In this document: positions 1 to 9,129 of the stretch, in pieces
How the letters are laid out: each line of letters starts with the position of its first letter
How positions within the stretch are numbered: the first letter of the stretch is position 1
NCBI GenBank assembly: GCA_018819285.1
Contig: JAHJQM010000042.1
Span: 45,778-109,777 of the forward strand
Direction: 5' to 3'
Source of the DNA: Candidatus Omnitrophota bacterium
GTDB lineage: Bacteria > Omnitrophota > Gorgyraeia > Gorgyraeales > Gorgyraeaceae
DNA length: 64,000 bases
Made by a program: the position numbers and the translations under genes
Notes under the pieces: generated by a model
Databases searched by the model: none
Seen by the model: the letters and a program-made list of their open reading frames with translations, nothing else
Told to the model about the DNA's origin: nothing

Positions 1-1064
1 TGTTTAATGCGAACTTTATTTTGATCGTCAACCACAGATACGGTGTACCCTTCGTCTTTTTTGTTAAGGCTGAGGCTGGGAATAACTATCGCATTGTTAA
101 ATTCAGCGACTGTTATCATAGCCCTTGCAAACATCCCAGGTAAAAGCTGAACATCAGGATTAGGAAGCTTTATCTTGGCAGTCAGCGTCCTGGATTTTCC
201 TTCTATAACAGGATATATATAATCTATCCTGCCATTAAATACAACTCCGGAATGAGCGTCTAGTGTCACTGCAACATTTTGCCCGAGCGCAATCTTGTCT
301 ATATCTTTTTCCACTATGCCAAGTTCCACAAATACCTCTTTTACATCATAAAGAGTAGAGATTTTATTGTTAGGCGTCACAAACTCTCCAACCTCTGCCT
401 CTCTGGTCCCCAGAACGCCTTCGCAAGAAGCAACCATATCTGTCTTTTTAAGTTCTGACTCTGCAGATCTTACTTCCACTTCTGCCGATTTAGCCTGCTC
501 GCCAGCGCTTTTTGCTTCCAGTTCCACTTCTTCTAATTTTGCTTTTATAATGCCTCCTATATCGTAAAGATTTTTATATGTCTCATATTTCTTTTTTGCA
601 GCAAGGGCTTGCGTTTTTGCGGATTCCAGCTTGCTTTTTGCATAGTCTATCTTTAATTGCGCGTCTTTCTTGTTAAGAGACGCTATTATCTCGCCTTCAT
701 TTATTACATCGCCTTCCCTGAAATTTATAGAATCTATTGTGCCATTAATCTCAAATCTAAGAGGTATTTCTAATACGCCCTTTACAGTGCCCATAGCGGG
801 TAGATCGTCTTTGAAATCCATAGGCGCAACCTTATAACATCTCACAGGAATTGCTTCTTGCTCTTTCTGTTCCTGAGCCGCACCTTCAGGCCCTGGTTTT
901 TTAGCCCCCTGCTTCTTTCCTATATCTTCAGCCATCTGTTTTATCGAATCAAGGCCTTTTCCTGGCTGGCCCTTCTTCCCGATACTTTTTATCCACATGA
1001 CTCCAAAAACCAGAACCCATAAAGCTATAAAACCTATTATTAATACTTTTAATCTCTTTTTCAT
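1..1064 (-). CDS. Efflux transporter periplasmic adaptor subunit (HlyD/membrane-fusion protein family). Partial: the C-terminus lies beyond the window start.
   Basis: Manual minus-strand translation from the ATG at 1064 gives MKKRLKVLIIGFIALWVLVF (N-terminal TM anchor). A long coiled-coil follows (KLESAKTQALAAKKKYETYKNLYD...EVELEAKSAGEQAKSAEVEVRSAESELKK), then beta-barrel/lipoyl-like segments. The reading frame stays open to position 1, so this ORF is absent from the supplied ORF track. It lies immediately downstream of the TolC-like gene, 12 bp apart. Confidence 0.7.
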   Translation of the reverse strand, partial: MKKRLKVLIIGFIALWVLVFGVMWIKSIGKKGQPGKGLDSIKQMAEDIGKKQGAKKPGPEGAAQEQKEQEAIPVRCYKVAPMDFKDDLPAMGTVKGVLEIPLRFEINGTIDSINFREGDVINEGEIIASLNKKDAQLKIDYAKSKLESAKTQALAAKKKYETYKNLYDIGGIIKAKLEEVELEAKSAGEQAKSAEVEVRSAESELKKTDMVASCEGVLGTREAEVGEFVTPNNKISTLYDVKEVFVELGIVEKDIDKIALGQNVAVTLDAHSGVVFNGRIDYIYPVIEGKSRTLTAKIKLPNPDVQLLPGMFARAMITVAEFNNAIVIPSLSLNKKDEGYTVSVVDDQNKVRIK

Positions 1065-1076
1065 AATCTCCTCTTT

Positions 1077-2885
1077 TTATTTTGTATTAGCCAATTTAAA
1101 ATTTTCATCATCCAGAAATAGCGAGTATCCTGTGGCTTTATTCAGTTTTGCCAGAGACTGATACAAGCTTCCAAGCGCTTCTACGTAATAAGCCTTTTCA
1201 TCTGTAAGGCTCATATAGGACTGGATTAATTCCGAAAGCGATACCTCATTTAATTCTGCGCGGGCTTTGGTAACCTTGAATTCCTCTTCTCTATATTTAA
1301 TCTTATTAAGATTTGTCATTATCTGGATTAAACCTTTTTTATAATTTAAATATGACTCCTTGACTTCTCTAATAATACTGTCTTTTACCTGCTCCAGCTC
1401 ATCCTTTGCTTTTTTATACCCTATCTCCGCAGATTTCTCTTCAGAGAAATGCTGAAGCCCGTCCAATAGCCCGTATTCTACAGATTTACTGATAGATTCT
1501 GTCCTTGTTGTTTGGCCATGTTTCTGGCTTGTCTTATCCTTTGTAAAGGTACTAGAAAGAGTATTCCCGCCTAAAGGTTTTGTTACCTTAAACCCCAAAT
1601 ACCAATCATTATCCATATTTAAAGTTTCTGTTTGATATGCGCCTCCGGACTTGCCGTATGTGCCGGTCAGGTCCACCCTAAGTTGATTCTTGCTTTCTGT
1701 AATCTTGCGCTCATAATCATTAAATTCCAGCATATATCCTTTTGCCTTAAGGTCTGGCCTGGATCTAAAGGCTAAACCCGTACATTCCTCCAGAGTCACA
1801 TCTACCACAATTGGCTCCAGGTCTTTTCCCGGCTCTTTATCTATTATCTCTATTGTCTTTTGTTCTCCCTTGGCATTAACTGCCTGCGCCAAAGTAAGTT
1901 TTGCCATAGCCAGTGTGTTCTCGCTTGATATAATCTGGTAATTTATCTGCTGCATTTGAGATTCTAACTGTAAAAATTCTGTCCTGGTAATTAAGCCAAG
2001 CTCAAGCCTTTTCTTAGCTCCAGTGAATATATCGCTTGTCTCTTCTAAAAGTGCTTTATGTAATTTTACATCCATTTTGCTGACCATATATGCATAAAAT
2101 GCTGATTCTACTTCAGCTCTTAAATCCTGCAATATCTTGTCATAATTTGACGTAGACGCTTTAAGATTGCTCATCGCCTGTTCAACTGCATATTTAAGCC
2201 TCCACCCATAATACAATGGGTACTCAAACTTAAGCTTGTATTCCTTATCTGTAAAATCCTGAGTTGTTCCAGCAGTCTTTCCCGTAGTCTCTAAATAATT
2301 CAAGGTTGCTGCTGGATAAAGGCCGCGCCTGGCTTCCCGTATCTTGAGTTTAGCTAATTCTATTTCTTCCTGGGCTATTTTTGCAGCCATATGATTTTCT
2401 AATGCTATATCCACTGCGTCATTGATGCCTAAATTGGCTGCTTCTCGATTTGCGGTCTCGCCGCTCGCTCGAAGAATATTGTTAGAGCGAGGTTGAGAAC
2501 TATCAATATCAAATATGATAGGCACATCTATCCACAAATCTTTACTCCCTAAAACCTCTGGAAATGGCTGGTATCTTTTATACATCCAAACTGTATTCAA
2601 ACATAAATTATCCAATTCCCTATTGTCAGAAGACTCGGAAATATACACATCCTTAAGTTCTCCCCAAGGCGAAAGAAAAAGCTTTAGTCTTACCTCGCCT
2701 TTTGAGCTATATAAAATAGATGGATCTGGTTTTGGAATAGACCTATAAATATCTTTAGATATATCTATTATATATTGTGTTATCTCTTCTTGTGATTGGC
2801 TATATACAGATGATACGGTAGGATTTATTGCTGTAACTACAATGAATACAAAGAAATATAATAATATGATACGCTTTATACGCAT
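1077..2885 (-). CDS. TolC-family outer membrane efflux protein (OEP)
   Basis: The 612-aa ORF is 1077..2915. It has paired OEP repeats with coiled coils (e.g. TLEECTGLAFRSRPDLKAKGYMLEFNDYERKITES) and a signal-peptide-like N-terminus. The likely true start is the Met of MRIKRIILLYFFVFIVV at 2885, which is preceded by an AGGAGA RBS. This gene pairs with the adaptor gene downstream. Confidence 0.75.
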   Translation of the reverse strand: MRIKRIILLYFFVFIVVTAINPTVSSVYSQSQEEITQYIIDISKDIYRSIPKPDPSILYSSKGEVRLKLFLSPWGELKDVYISESSDNRELDNLCLNTVWMYKRYQPFPEVLGSKDLWIDVPIIFDIDSSQPRSNNILRASGETANREAANLGINDAVDIALENHMAAKIAQEEIELAKLKIREARRGLYPAATLNYLETTGKTAGTTQDFTDKEYKLKFEYPLYYGWRLKYAVEQAMSNLKASTSNYDKILQDLRAEVESAFYAYMVSKMDVKLHKALLEETSDIFTGAKKRLELGLITRTEFLQLESQMQQINYQIISSENTLAMAKLTLAQAVNAKGEQKTIEIIDKEPGKDLEPIVVDVTLEECTGLAFRSRPDLKAKGYMLEFNDYERKITESKNQLRVDLTGTYGKSGGAYQTETLNMDNDWYLGFKVTKPLGGNTLSSTFTKDKTSQKHGQTTRTESISKSVEYGLLDGLQHFSEEKSAEIGYKKAKDELEQVKDSIIREVKESYLNYKKGLIQIMTNLNKIKYREEEFKVTKARAELNEVSLSELIQSYMSLTDEKAYYVEALGSLYQSLAKLNKATGYSLFLDDENFKLANTK

Positions 2886-3048
2886 CTCTTCTCCTATTTT
2901 TGAGAAGTATATCATATTATTATTATTTTGTCAAATGATACAGTTATGATATGGTTATTATTTGCTAGACCTGCACAAAAATATCTCTTATCACCCTGCT
3001 TCGTTCCTAGGATATATCTTCAAGAATGCGGTGATGAACTTCGCAGGA

Positions 3049-4290
3049 TTACGCTTGCACGAATATATCTCGTATCACAACACTTGCTGCACCTAATGCT
3101 ACAGAATCTTCTCCAAGCTTTGCGGGTATTATTTTAACAACATTTGCAGGCTCTTCAAATGCCCATTTTCTAACAGTCCTTCTTAATGGCTCTAAAAGTA
3201 AGCTGCCAGCCTTTTCGATTCCTCCTCCAATAACCACTATTTCAGGGTTAAATAAATTTACAAGATACGCAATCCTTATTCCAAGATTCACAGCTCCGTC
3301 TTCCAGGAGTTCTATTGCAAGAGCATCTCCTGCCTTTGCAGCTTCTATGATATGATCTATTGTAATATTATCCAGTTTATTATCGCAGAATTCAAGTATC
3401 TTTGTCTTAACATCGTCTTCTTTTATAAGTTTTTTGACCTGACTTACTAAACCTAGATCAAGTCCTGCAGGAAGGAGCAAAGAAACATTCTTTGAAACCT
3501 GCAAATATTCTTCGTTGCGTGGACAATTGATCCTTACCTCTCCTGCGCTGCCTGATGCCCCACAATACATAGCACCTTTTATAATAATGCCGCTCCCTAC
3601 ATCGGAATACATGTAAATCACATCCTGTATATCCATAGGAAGAGCGTGCATCTTTTCTCCGAACGCAGCAAAAGTTGCGTCGTTACCTATAAAAGAAGGA
3701 AGCCCAAATCTTTGCTCAATCATCCCTTTTATGGATACATAACTAGCCCTTATCCCATTCTTTGCAGAGTCCCTCACTGTACCGAGATGTTCGTCTATAA
3801 CTCCGCTTACCCCTATACCAACACCTCGTATTTTATTTTTGTCCACGCCTTTTTTCTTTAACAACTCATCTATTAGTTCAAGCGAGGCTTCTATAATCTT
3901 ATCCATACTATCTTTTATTCTGGCCTTTTTCACCTTGGTTATAACCCTTCCTGCAAGATCAGTCACAAGGCCTATCATAGTTGTGCCAAAAACGTCCAAG
4001 TGGCCTAAATCAATCCCTATTGCATACATGCTATCATCATTTAATTTAACAACCGTTGGTTTTCTGCCTCCCGTAGAAACCTCCATGCCCCCTTCTGAAA
4101 CCAGTCCCTTATCAATATAACTATTTATATAGTTAGAAACAGTCACTATGTTCAGGTCTGTAACTTTTGAGATATCAGCTCTTGTAATAGGGCCATTTCT
4201 GCGTATGAGTTCAAGTATTGCAAAATTCTTTCTCTCGTGGTCTGAGAACGTATAATTATCGTACATCCTGCCTTTCCTGATAGCCATCAT
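3049..4290 (-). CDS. ROK-family transcriptional regulator / sugar kinase (NagC/XylR-like)
   Basis: The N-terminus carries an HTH (ILELIRRNGPITRADISKVTDLNIVTVSNYINSYIDKGLV). A ROK sugar-kinase fold follows (GIDLGHLDVFGTT...; GVGIGVSGVID; cysteine/histidine-containing ROK segment YCGASGSAGEV). Confidence 0.75.
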   Translation of the reverse strand: MMAIRKGRMYDNYTFSDHERKNFAILELIRRNGPITRADISKVTDLNIVTVSNYINSYIDKGLVSEGGMEVSTGGRKPTVVKLNDDSMYAIGIDLGHLDVFGTTMIGLVTDLAGRVITKVKKARIKDSMDKIIEASLELIDELLKKKGVDKNKIRGVGIGVSGVIDEHLGTVRDSAKNGIRASYVSIKGMIEQRFGLPSFIGNDATFAAFGEKMHALPMDIQDVIYMYSDVGSGIIIKGAMYCGASGSAGEVRINCPRNEEYLQVSKNVSLLLPAGLDLGLVSQVKKLIKEDDVKTKILEFCDNKLDNITIDHIIEAAKAGDALAIELLEDGAVNLGIRIAYLVNLFNPEIVVIGGGIEKAGSLLLEPLRRTVRKWAFEEPANVVKIIPAKLGEDSVALGAASVVIRDIFVQA

Positions 4291-4504
4291 ATATACCCCC
4301 TTGTCCAGATTACTATTTTTAGTTAATACTATTATTTTATATTATACTTCTTTTTATCTTTAAACGTCAATACTTTATTTTCTGCTTACAGAATACTTCT
4401 TAAATTTAATTTATTAACTCTTTTGCAAATTTTTAAATTATAAGAAAAGCTGAATTGTATCTAATCTTGCCCTAAATTGATTAATTTTTATAGCGGCCTG
4501 GTTC

Positions 4505-4550
4505 CACAAAAAAACTTCCGAAGTCGCTGTTCTGCAACTTCGGAAGTCGG
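4505..4550 (-). terminator. Rho-independent terminator for the small membrane-protein gene
   Basis: A perfect 10-11 bp inverted repeat, acttccgaagt...acttcggaagt (4514-4548), is followed on the minus strand by a run of 7-8 T (plus-strand aaaaaaa at 4507-4514). It lies just downstream of the stop of the 4573..4821 minus-strand ORF. Confidence 0.55.
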
Positions 4551-4572
4551 TTAAATCCAGATATATGAAAAA

Positions 4573-4821
4573 CTATACGCCTTTTTCAACTTTTGAACGT
4601 ATTTCTAAAAGTAGCGTTATTATTTCTGCTGTAACGAGAAATATGAAGAAATACACTATTCCTAATAAAAGTCCTATAAAACCTGTTGCTTTAGGAGCCT
4701 CTGGTGTACCGCCTCCTATGAATATGACAATAGCAGCTACTATCCCTATGGCCAGAGAAGCCCATGATAAAACTTTAAATATTACAGAACCGATTTCCAG
4801 AACTTTGTATTTTTTATCCAT
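4573..4821 (-). CDS. Small hypothetical membrane protein (2 TM)
   Basis: The 82-aa ORF has two hydrophobic helices (LSWASLAIGIVAAIVIFIGGG; FIGLLLGIVYFFIFLVTAEIITLLL). A strong terminator lies downstream. Confidence 0.4.
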   Translation of the reverse strand: MDKKYKVLEIGSVIFKVLSWASLAIGIVAAIVIFIGGGTPEAPKATGFIGLLLGIVYFFIFLVTAEIITLLLEIRSKVEKGV

Positions 4822-4963
4822 TACATCCTCCTTTCTTTAGCTTGTTTATTTTTAAATAATTATACTATATACAATACAATTATTTGCCTTATCCTACCCC
4901 TACCCCTAGCAGCATATAAATGAGTTTATTGGCTGTTCGGGACAGTTTTTGCTTTGCAAAAAC

Positions 4964-5041
4964 TGGTAGCCCTAAGGGGATTTGAACCCCTGTCTTCAGA
5001 TCGAGAATCTGACGTCCTGGACCAGGCTAGACGATAAGGCC
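4964..5041 (-). tRNA. tRNA-Glu (anticodon CUC)
   Basis: Minus-strand sequence: GGCCTTATCGTCTAGCCTGGTCCAGGACGTCAGATTCTCGATCTGAAGACAGGGGTTCAAATCCCCTTAGGGCTACCA. The cloverleaf has an acceptor stem GGCCTTA/TAGGGCT (two G-U pairs) and a D-arm GTCT/GGAC with an 11-nt loop containing GG. The anticodon stem TCAGA/TCTGA encloses loop TTCTCGA (U33, CUC, G37). The T-arm is AGGGG-TTCAAAT-CCCCT, and CCA is encoded. The D-arm resembles bacterial tRNA-Glu. Confidence 0.65.
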
Positions 5042-5331
5042 TCCAACCTTTTAATCCAACCCATGATTTTAGTAAAAAGCTTCTTGTCTGCTACTTTAAC
5101 CTAAAGAGTGCCACGAAGTATTTTTAACTTGCTGCTTTTACTAAACAAAGTACTCTTATTATATAAAACTTGTTTCTTAAGTTTTATCCTATTGCTTTTA
5201 ATTCTAACTATAACCTTCTTTTATATTATAATGAAAGAAATCCAAAAGTCAAATAATTTCAAAGGTTGCGCTATGACGGATTTTTAACATTGACACATAT
5301 ATTATTATTGTGTATTATCTGAAATAGCTAT

Positions 5332-6519
5332 ATGGCTACTATTATCGGGACCGGTATAAGCACTAAATTAGATTCCTTTTCTGCAGGCAAAGAAGCTGCC
5401 TTAAGCGCCTATTATCAAATCGAAAAAAAAGACCCCAATATAATAATTACATTTATATCTACAATATTCGATCAAGAGACCGTAATAAAAGGTATACGTT
5501 CTATAATAAGAGACACTCCATTAATAGGATGCTCCAGCATGGGGTCTATTTCTACCTATGGTTCTCATAGAGACTCTGTAGCTGTATTTATAATCAGCTC
5601 TAATTCTATTGAATTTTCTTACGGGATAGGCCGCGAGATTAATAAGTCTTCGCGTTTAGCAGGGCACAAAGCTAGTAAACAGGCTTCTGACTCAACGCAC
5701 AGCCCAAAACAACTTTATATGATGTTTTCTGACAGTCTGTCAGGAAACAGCGCTGATATCCTAAGAGGCACGCAGGAAGTGCTGGGAACAAGTTTTCCTA
5801 TAATAGGCGGCGGCGCATGCAATAAATCATGCATTGAAAAAACATATCAATATATAAATGGCGAGATACATACAGATTCTGTAGTGGGAATTCTATTATC
5901 AGGATACATAAAATTAGGCATGGGGCAATCCAGTGGATGGCAGCCTATAGGAAAACCGCATAAAGTCACAAAAGCAAAATCTAATACCATAAAAGAGATA
6001 GATAAAAAAATCGCTGCTGAAATATATGAGGATTATTTTGAGAGATCTTTTGAGAAACTTAGAAATGAAGATATTTGTAAACTAGGCATTAATTATCCTA
6101 TTGGAATACGTTGGATCAATAAAAATAAAGAGTATCTTACGAGAGTACCTTTAACAATAGAGGAGAACGGAAGCCTTATTTTAAACGGCGATATACAAGA
6201 AAATGAGGATATAAGCTTGATGATAGGCGATAAAGATATTGTCCTGGAATCTGCAAAAAAGGCTGCGTTAATGGCTATGAGTAATAGCAAAAATGCAAAA
6301 ATAGAATTCGCTATTATGTTCAGCGACATAAGCAGGCTATTATTATTAAGAAAAGATGCCTATAAAGAAATAGACGTTGTGAAAAAAATTATAGATAAAA
6401 ATATACCTATCTTGGGATGCTACACGCTAGGAGAATACGCCCCTTTTAACGCAGAAGAATCTAAAGGCCAGTGTCATTTTAATAACCAGAGTATCTCTAT
6501 AGCATTATTTTCAGAATAA
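5332..6519 (+). CDS. FIST-domain sensory protein (FIST_N + FIST_C)
   Basis: The 395-aa ORF has FIST-like N-terminal (IIITFIST...PLIGCSSMGSIST) and C-terminal (ILGCYTLGEYAPF) segments. Its stop is 2 bp from the start of the downstream histidine kinase. Confidence 0.65.
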   Translation: MATIIGTGISTKLDSFSAGKEAALSAYYQIEKKDPNIIITFISTIFDQETVIKGIRSIIRDTPLIGCSSMGSISTYGSHRDSVAVFIISSNSIEFSYGIGREINKSSRLAGHKASKQASDSTHSPKQLYMMFSDSLSGNSADILRGTQEVLGTSFPIIGGGACNKSCIEKTYQYINGEIHTDSVVGILLSGYIKLGMGQSSGWQPIGKPHKVTKAKSNTIKEIDKKIAAEIYEDYFERSFEKLRNEDICKLGINYPIGIRWINKNKEYLTRVPLTIEENGSLILNGDIQENEDISLMIGDKDIVLESAKKAALMAMSNSKNAKIEFAIMFSDISRLLLLRKDAYKEIDVVKKIIDKNIPILGCYTLGEYAPFNAEESKGQCHFNNQSISIALFSE

Positions 6520-6521
6520 AT

Positions 6522-7991
6522 ATGGACCTATATATAATAATCTCTGTTTTAATTATTGGCGTTCTTTTTATATTATATTATTTTGAAATAAATAGGCGCA
6601 GAGGGTCTGAAAAACTAAATAAAAGACTACAGGATATAATAGATCAGCTGGATAGCCAGGCAAGAATAATCATAAAAACTGACTTGGCGCTTAACAAGGC
6701 GCAAGAAGACCTGGACAGGAAAATAACAGGCCTATACACGCTTCACGAACTTGGCAAAGAGATAAGTTCCACTTTTAATATAGAAAATATTTTTAGCCTG
6801 ATAAACCAGCCTTTTGTGCTTAAATTAGGTTTTTCAAAATTATTGATTATGTTAAAAGATGATCTCTCAGGAATGCTCGTGACAAAAAATTCCATAGGTT
6901 ATTCTGATGCTGAAATAAAAACAATAGAACTGGATCTCAATAAAAGAAGGTTTGCTAATTTGCTATTTAAAAAAGAAAAACCCCTGCTAATCAATAGAGA
7001 CACTGAAAGCACGAGCCAGGAATACGCTCTTCTGGATATCTTAAACACAGAATCTTTTATAACAGCTCCTATTGCAGTAAAAGACGAATCTGTTGGTTTT
7101 ATACTTATGGGAAACACTTCTCTGCATGGCAAAGTCGCTGAAGGCGATTCTGAACTTTTGTCCATATTCGCCAACCAGATAGGGACAGCTATTGAAAGTA
7201 CAAAACTCTACACAGAACTTTTCGGTTCGCATAAGGAATTAGAAAGAAGAGTTACGGAACGCACCCATGAACTCGAAAAATTGAATGAAGAACTTAAAAA
7301 GCTCAATAAAATGAAATCTGATTTCATATCTAGCGTATCTCATGAACTGCGTACGCCTCTGACATCCATAAAAGGCTATGCTTCTATCCTGATGACAGGT
7401 AAATTGGGAGATGTTTTGCCGGCTCAGAAAGAACGGCTGGAAAAAATAGATAAACACTCCAATAGCCTGGTCCATTTGATAAATAATCTCCTGGATATAG
7501 CCAGGATAGAATCCGGAAAGGTCCAGATGGAGATGAAAGATATCTCTATAAAAGAAATGCTGGATTCAATTGTAGATATAATCACCCCCCAGGTTAAAGA
7601 AAAAAATATCTCCTTAAAAATAAATTCTAAAATAAAATTCGACAGGATAAAAGTTGACCCGAGCCAGATGGAAAGGGTGTTTTTGAATCTTTTGAGTAAC
7701 GCTGTAAAATTCACCCCTGAGAAAGGTATGGTAATCATTGAAATAGAAGAAAAAAATGATGCTATCCAATTCAGCATAGAGGACACAGGCATAGGTATTC
7801 CTTCTCAGGATATACCAAAAGTATTTCAGGAATTTTTCAGGGCAGACAATGCCCTGGACCAGAAGATAAAAGGATCCGGGCTTGGTCTATCTCTTATTAA
7901 AAAAATAATAGAGGCTCATAAGGGCAAAATCTGGTTTGATAGCGAATTAGGCAAAGGTTCCAAATTCACGTTCACGCTGCCAAAATATTAA
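6522..7991 (+). CDS. Sensor histidine kinase (TM anchor, GAF-like domain, HisKA, HATPase_c)
   Basis: The H-box is SHELRTPLTSIKGYASIL. N/G boxes are present (LLSNAVKFTPEKG; DTGIGIP; GSGLGLSLIKKIIEAHKGKIWFDSELGKGSKFTFTLP). The N-terminus has a TM helix, a coiled coil and a GAF-like region. Confidence 0.85.
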   Translation: MDLYIIISVLIIGVLFILYYFEINRRRGSEKLNKRLQDIIDQLDSQARIIIKTDLALNKAQEDLDRKITGLYTLHELGKEISSTFNIENIFSLINQPFVLKLGFSKLLIMLKDDLSGMLVTKNSIGYSDAEIKTIELDLNKRRFANLLFKKEKPLLINRDTESTSQEYALLDILNTESFITAPIAVKDESVGFILMGNTSLHGKVAEGDSELLSIFANQIGTAIESTKLYTELFGSHKELERRVTERTHELEKLNEELKKLNKMKSDFISSVSHELRTPLTSIKGYASILMTGKLGDVLPAQKERLEKIDKHSNSLVHLINNLLDIARIESGKVQMEMKDISIKEMLDSIVDIITPQVKEKNISLKINSKIKFDRIKVDPSQMERVFLNLLSNAVKFTPEKGMVIIEIEEKNDAIQFSIEDTGIGIPSQDIPKVFQEFFRADNALDQKIKGSGLGLSLIKKIIEAHKGKIWFDSELGKGSKFTFTLPKY

Positions 7992-8010
7992 TCAAAGGAG
8001 CTAATGTAAT

Positions 8011-8949
8011 ATGCTAAAAGAAAAAATACTTATAGTTGACGACGACTCTGATATATTGGATGTCATAAGAATAACCCTTGAAGCAGAAGGCTACGAAATA
8101 ACAGAAGCGCATGACGGCAAAGAAGCTATTGAGATAATAAAAAAATCCACCCCTGACCTTCTTATAACAGACTTTAAAATGCCTAAGATGTGCGGAGATG
8201 AGGTATGCAAAATATTAAAACAGGACATACTGATACAGCACATGCCCATTATAATGCTTACAGGTAAAGGCGAGGTAACTGATAAGATACATGGCATCAA
8301 CGCAGGCGCTGACGATTATATGGTGAAGCCTTTTGAGCCCCAGGAATTGGTAGCCAGGGTAAAAATGGTGCTTCGCAGAACAGCTAGAGATTTAGATGCG
8401 AACCCGCTTACAAGGCTTCCTGGCAATGTTTCTATAATAAATGAGCTGCACATCCGAATAAATAAAAACGAACTTTTTGCAGTGTGCTATGTTGACCTTG
8501 ATAAATTTAAGGCATTTAATGATAAATACGGATTTGAAAAAGGCGATGAGGTAATAAAAAATACCGCCAGGATACTAATAGACTCTGTGCAGAAAAAAGG
8601 CACGCCTCAGGATTTCATAGGCCATATAGGAGGCGATGATTTTGTAGTAGTAACAGCTCCTGATAAAGTAGATGATTTGTGCAAAAAAATCATAGCTGAC
8701 TTCAGCTCAATAGTTCCTGGGCTATACAATAAAGAAGACCTGGAAAAAGGCTATATAATGGGGAAAGATCGGAAGAAAAAAATCAGAAAGATCCCTCTTC
8801 TTTCAATATCAATAGGGGTCGTAACTAACGAGAATAATAAAATCAATCATGTGGGAGAAATTGGTGAATTAGGCGCTGAACTAAAAGAATACGCCAAAAG
8901 CCTTCCTGGAAGTAACTACGTAAAAGAACGCAGGGAAATAACTAAGTAA
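8011..8949 (+). CDS. Response regulator with receiver domain and GGDEF-type domain (motif reads GGDDF)
   Basis: The REC domain is ILIVDDDSDILDVI...DLLITDFKMPKMCGDEV...DDYMVKPF. The GGDEF-like domain shows LTRLPGN, VDLDKFKAFNDKYGFEKGDEV and IGHIGGDDFVVV. Confidence 0.8.
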   Translation: MLKEKILIVDDDSDILDVIRITLEAEGYEITEAHDGKEAIEIIKKSTPDLLITDFKMPKMCGDEVCKILKQDILIQHMPIIMLTGKGEVTDKIHGINAGADDYMVKPFEPQELVARVKMVLRRTARDLDANPLTRLPGNVSIINELHIRINKNELFAVCYVDLDKFKAFNDKYGFEKGDEVIKNTARILIDSVQKKGTPQDFIGHIGGDDFVVVTAPDKVDDLCKKIIADFSSIVPGLYNKEDLEKGYIMGKDRKKKIRKIPLLSISIGVVTNENNKINHVGEIGELGAELKEYAKSLPGSNYVKERREITK

Positions 8950-8976
8950 CCATTATCCTGAACAAGCGTCGAAGGA

Positions 8977-9064
8977 TGGTGCGCGGGACAGGATTTGAAC
9001 CTGCAAAGGATTGCTCCCAACAGCCCCTCAAACTGTCGTGTCTGCCAATTTCACCACCCGCGCG
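8977..9064 (-). tRNA. tRNA-Leu (anticodon GAG), class II with long variable arm
   Basis: Minus-strand sequence: GCGCGGGTGGTGAAATTGGCAGACACGACAGTTTGAGGGGCTGTTGGGAGCAATCCTTTGCAGGTTCAAATCCTGTCCCGCGCACCA. The acceptor stem GCGCGGG/CCCGCGC is perfect. The anticodon stem ACAGT/GCTGT encloses loop TTGAGGG (U33, GAG, G37). There is a 15-nt variable arm and a T-arm GCAGG-TTCAAAT-CCTGT. CCA is encoded. Confidence 0.75.
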
Positions 9065-9129
9065 CTAAAATCTAGAGCTATTATATAAAACATACCATTA
9101 AATATCAAGCATAATTGCCCTATTTATTT

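Noticed and set aside
367-567. Numerous 60-200-aa plus-strand ORFs in the track that lie antisense to the long minus-strand genes (e.g. 367..567, 2515..2748, 3839..4120, 7424..7792, 19786..20400, 27541..27987, 34753..35379, 54672..55127)
   Set aside because: They are embedded antisense within well-supported genes and have low-complexity or Ser/Pro/Ile-rich composition. They lack RBS and family motifs, so they are presumably spurious.
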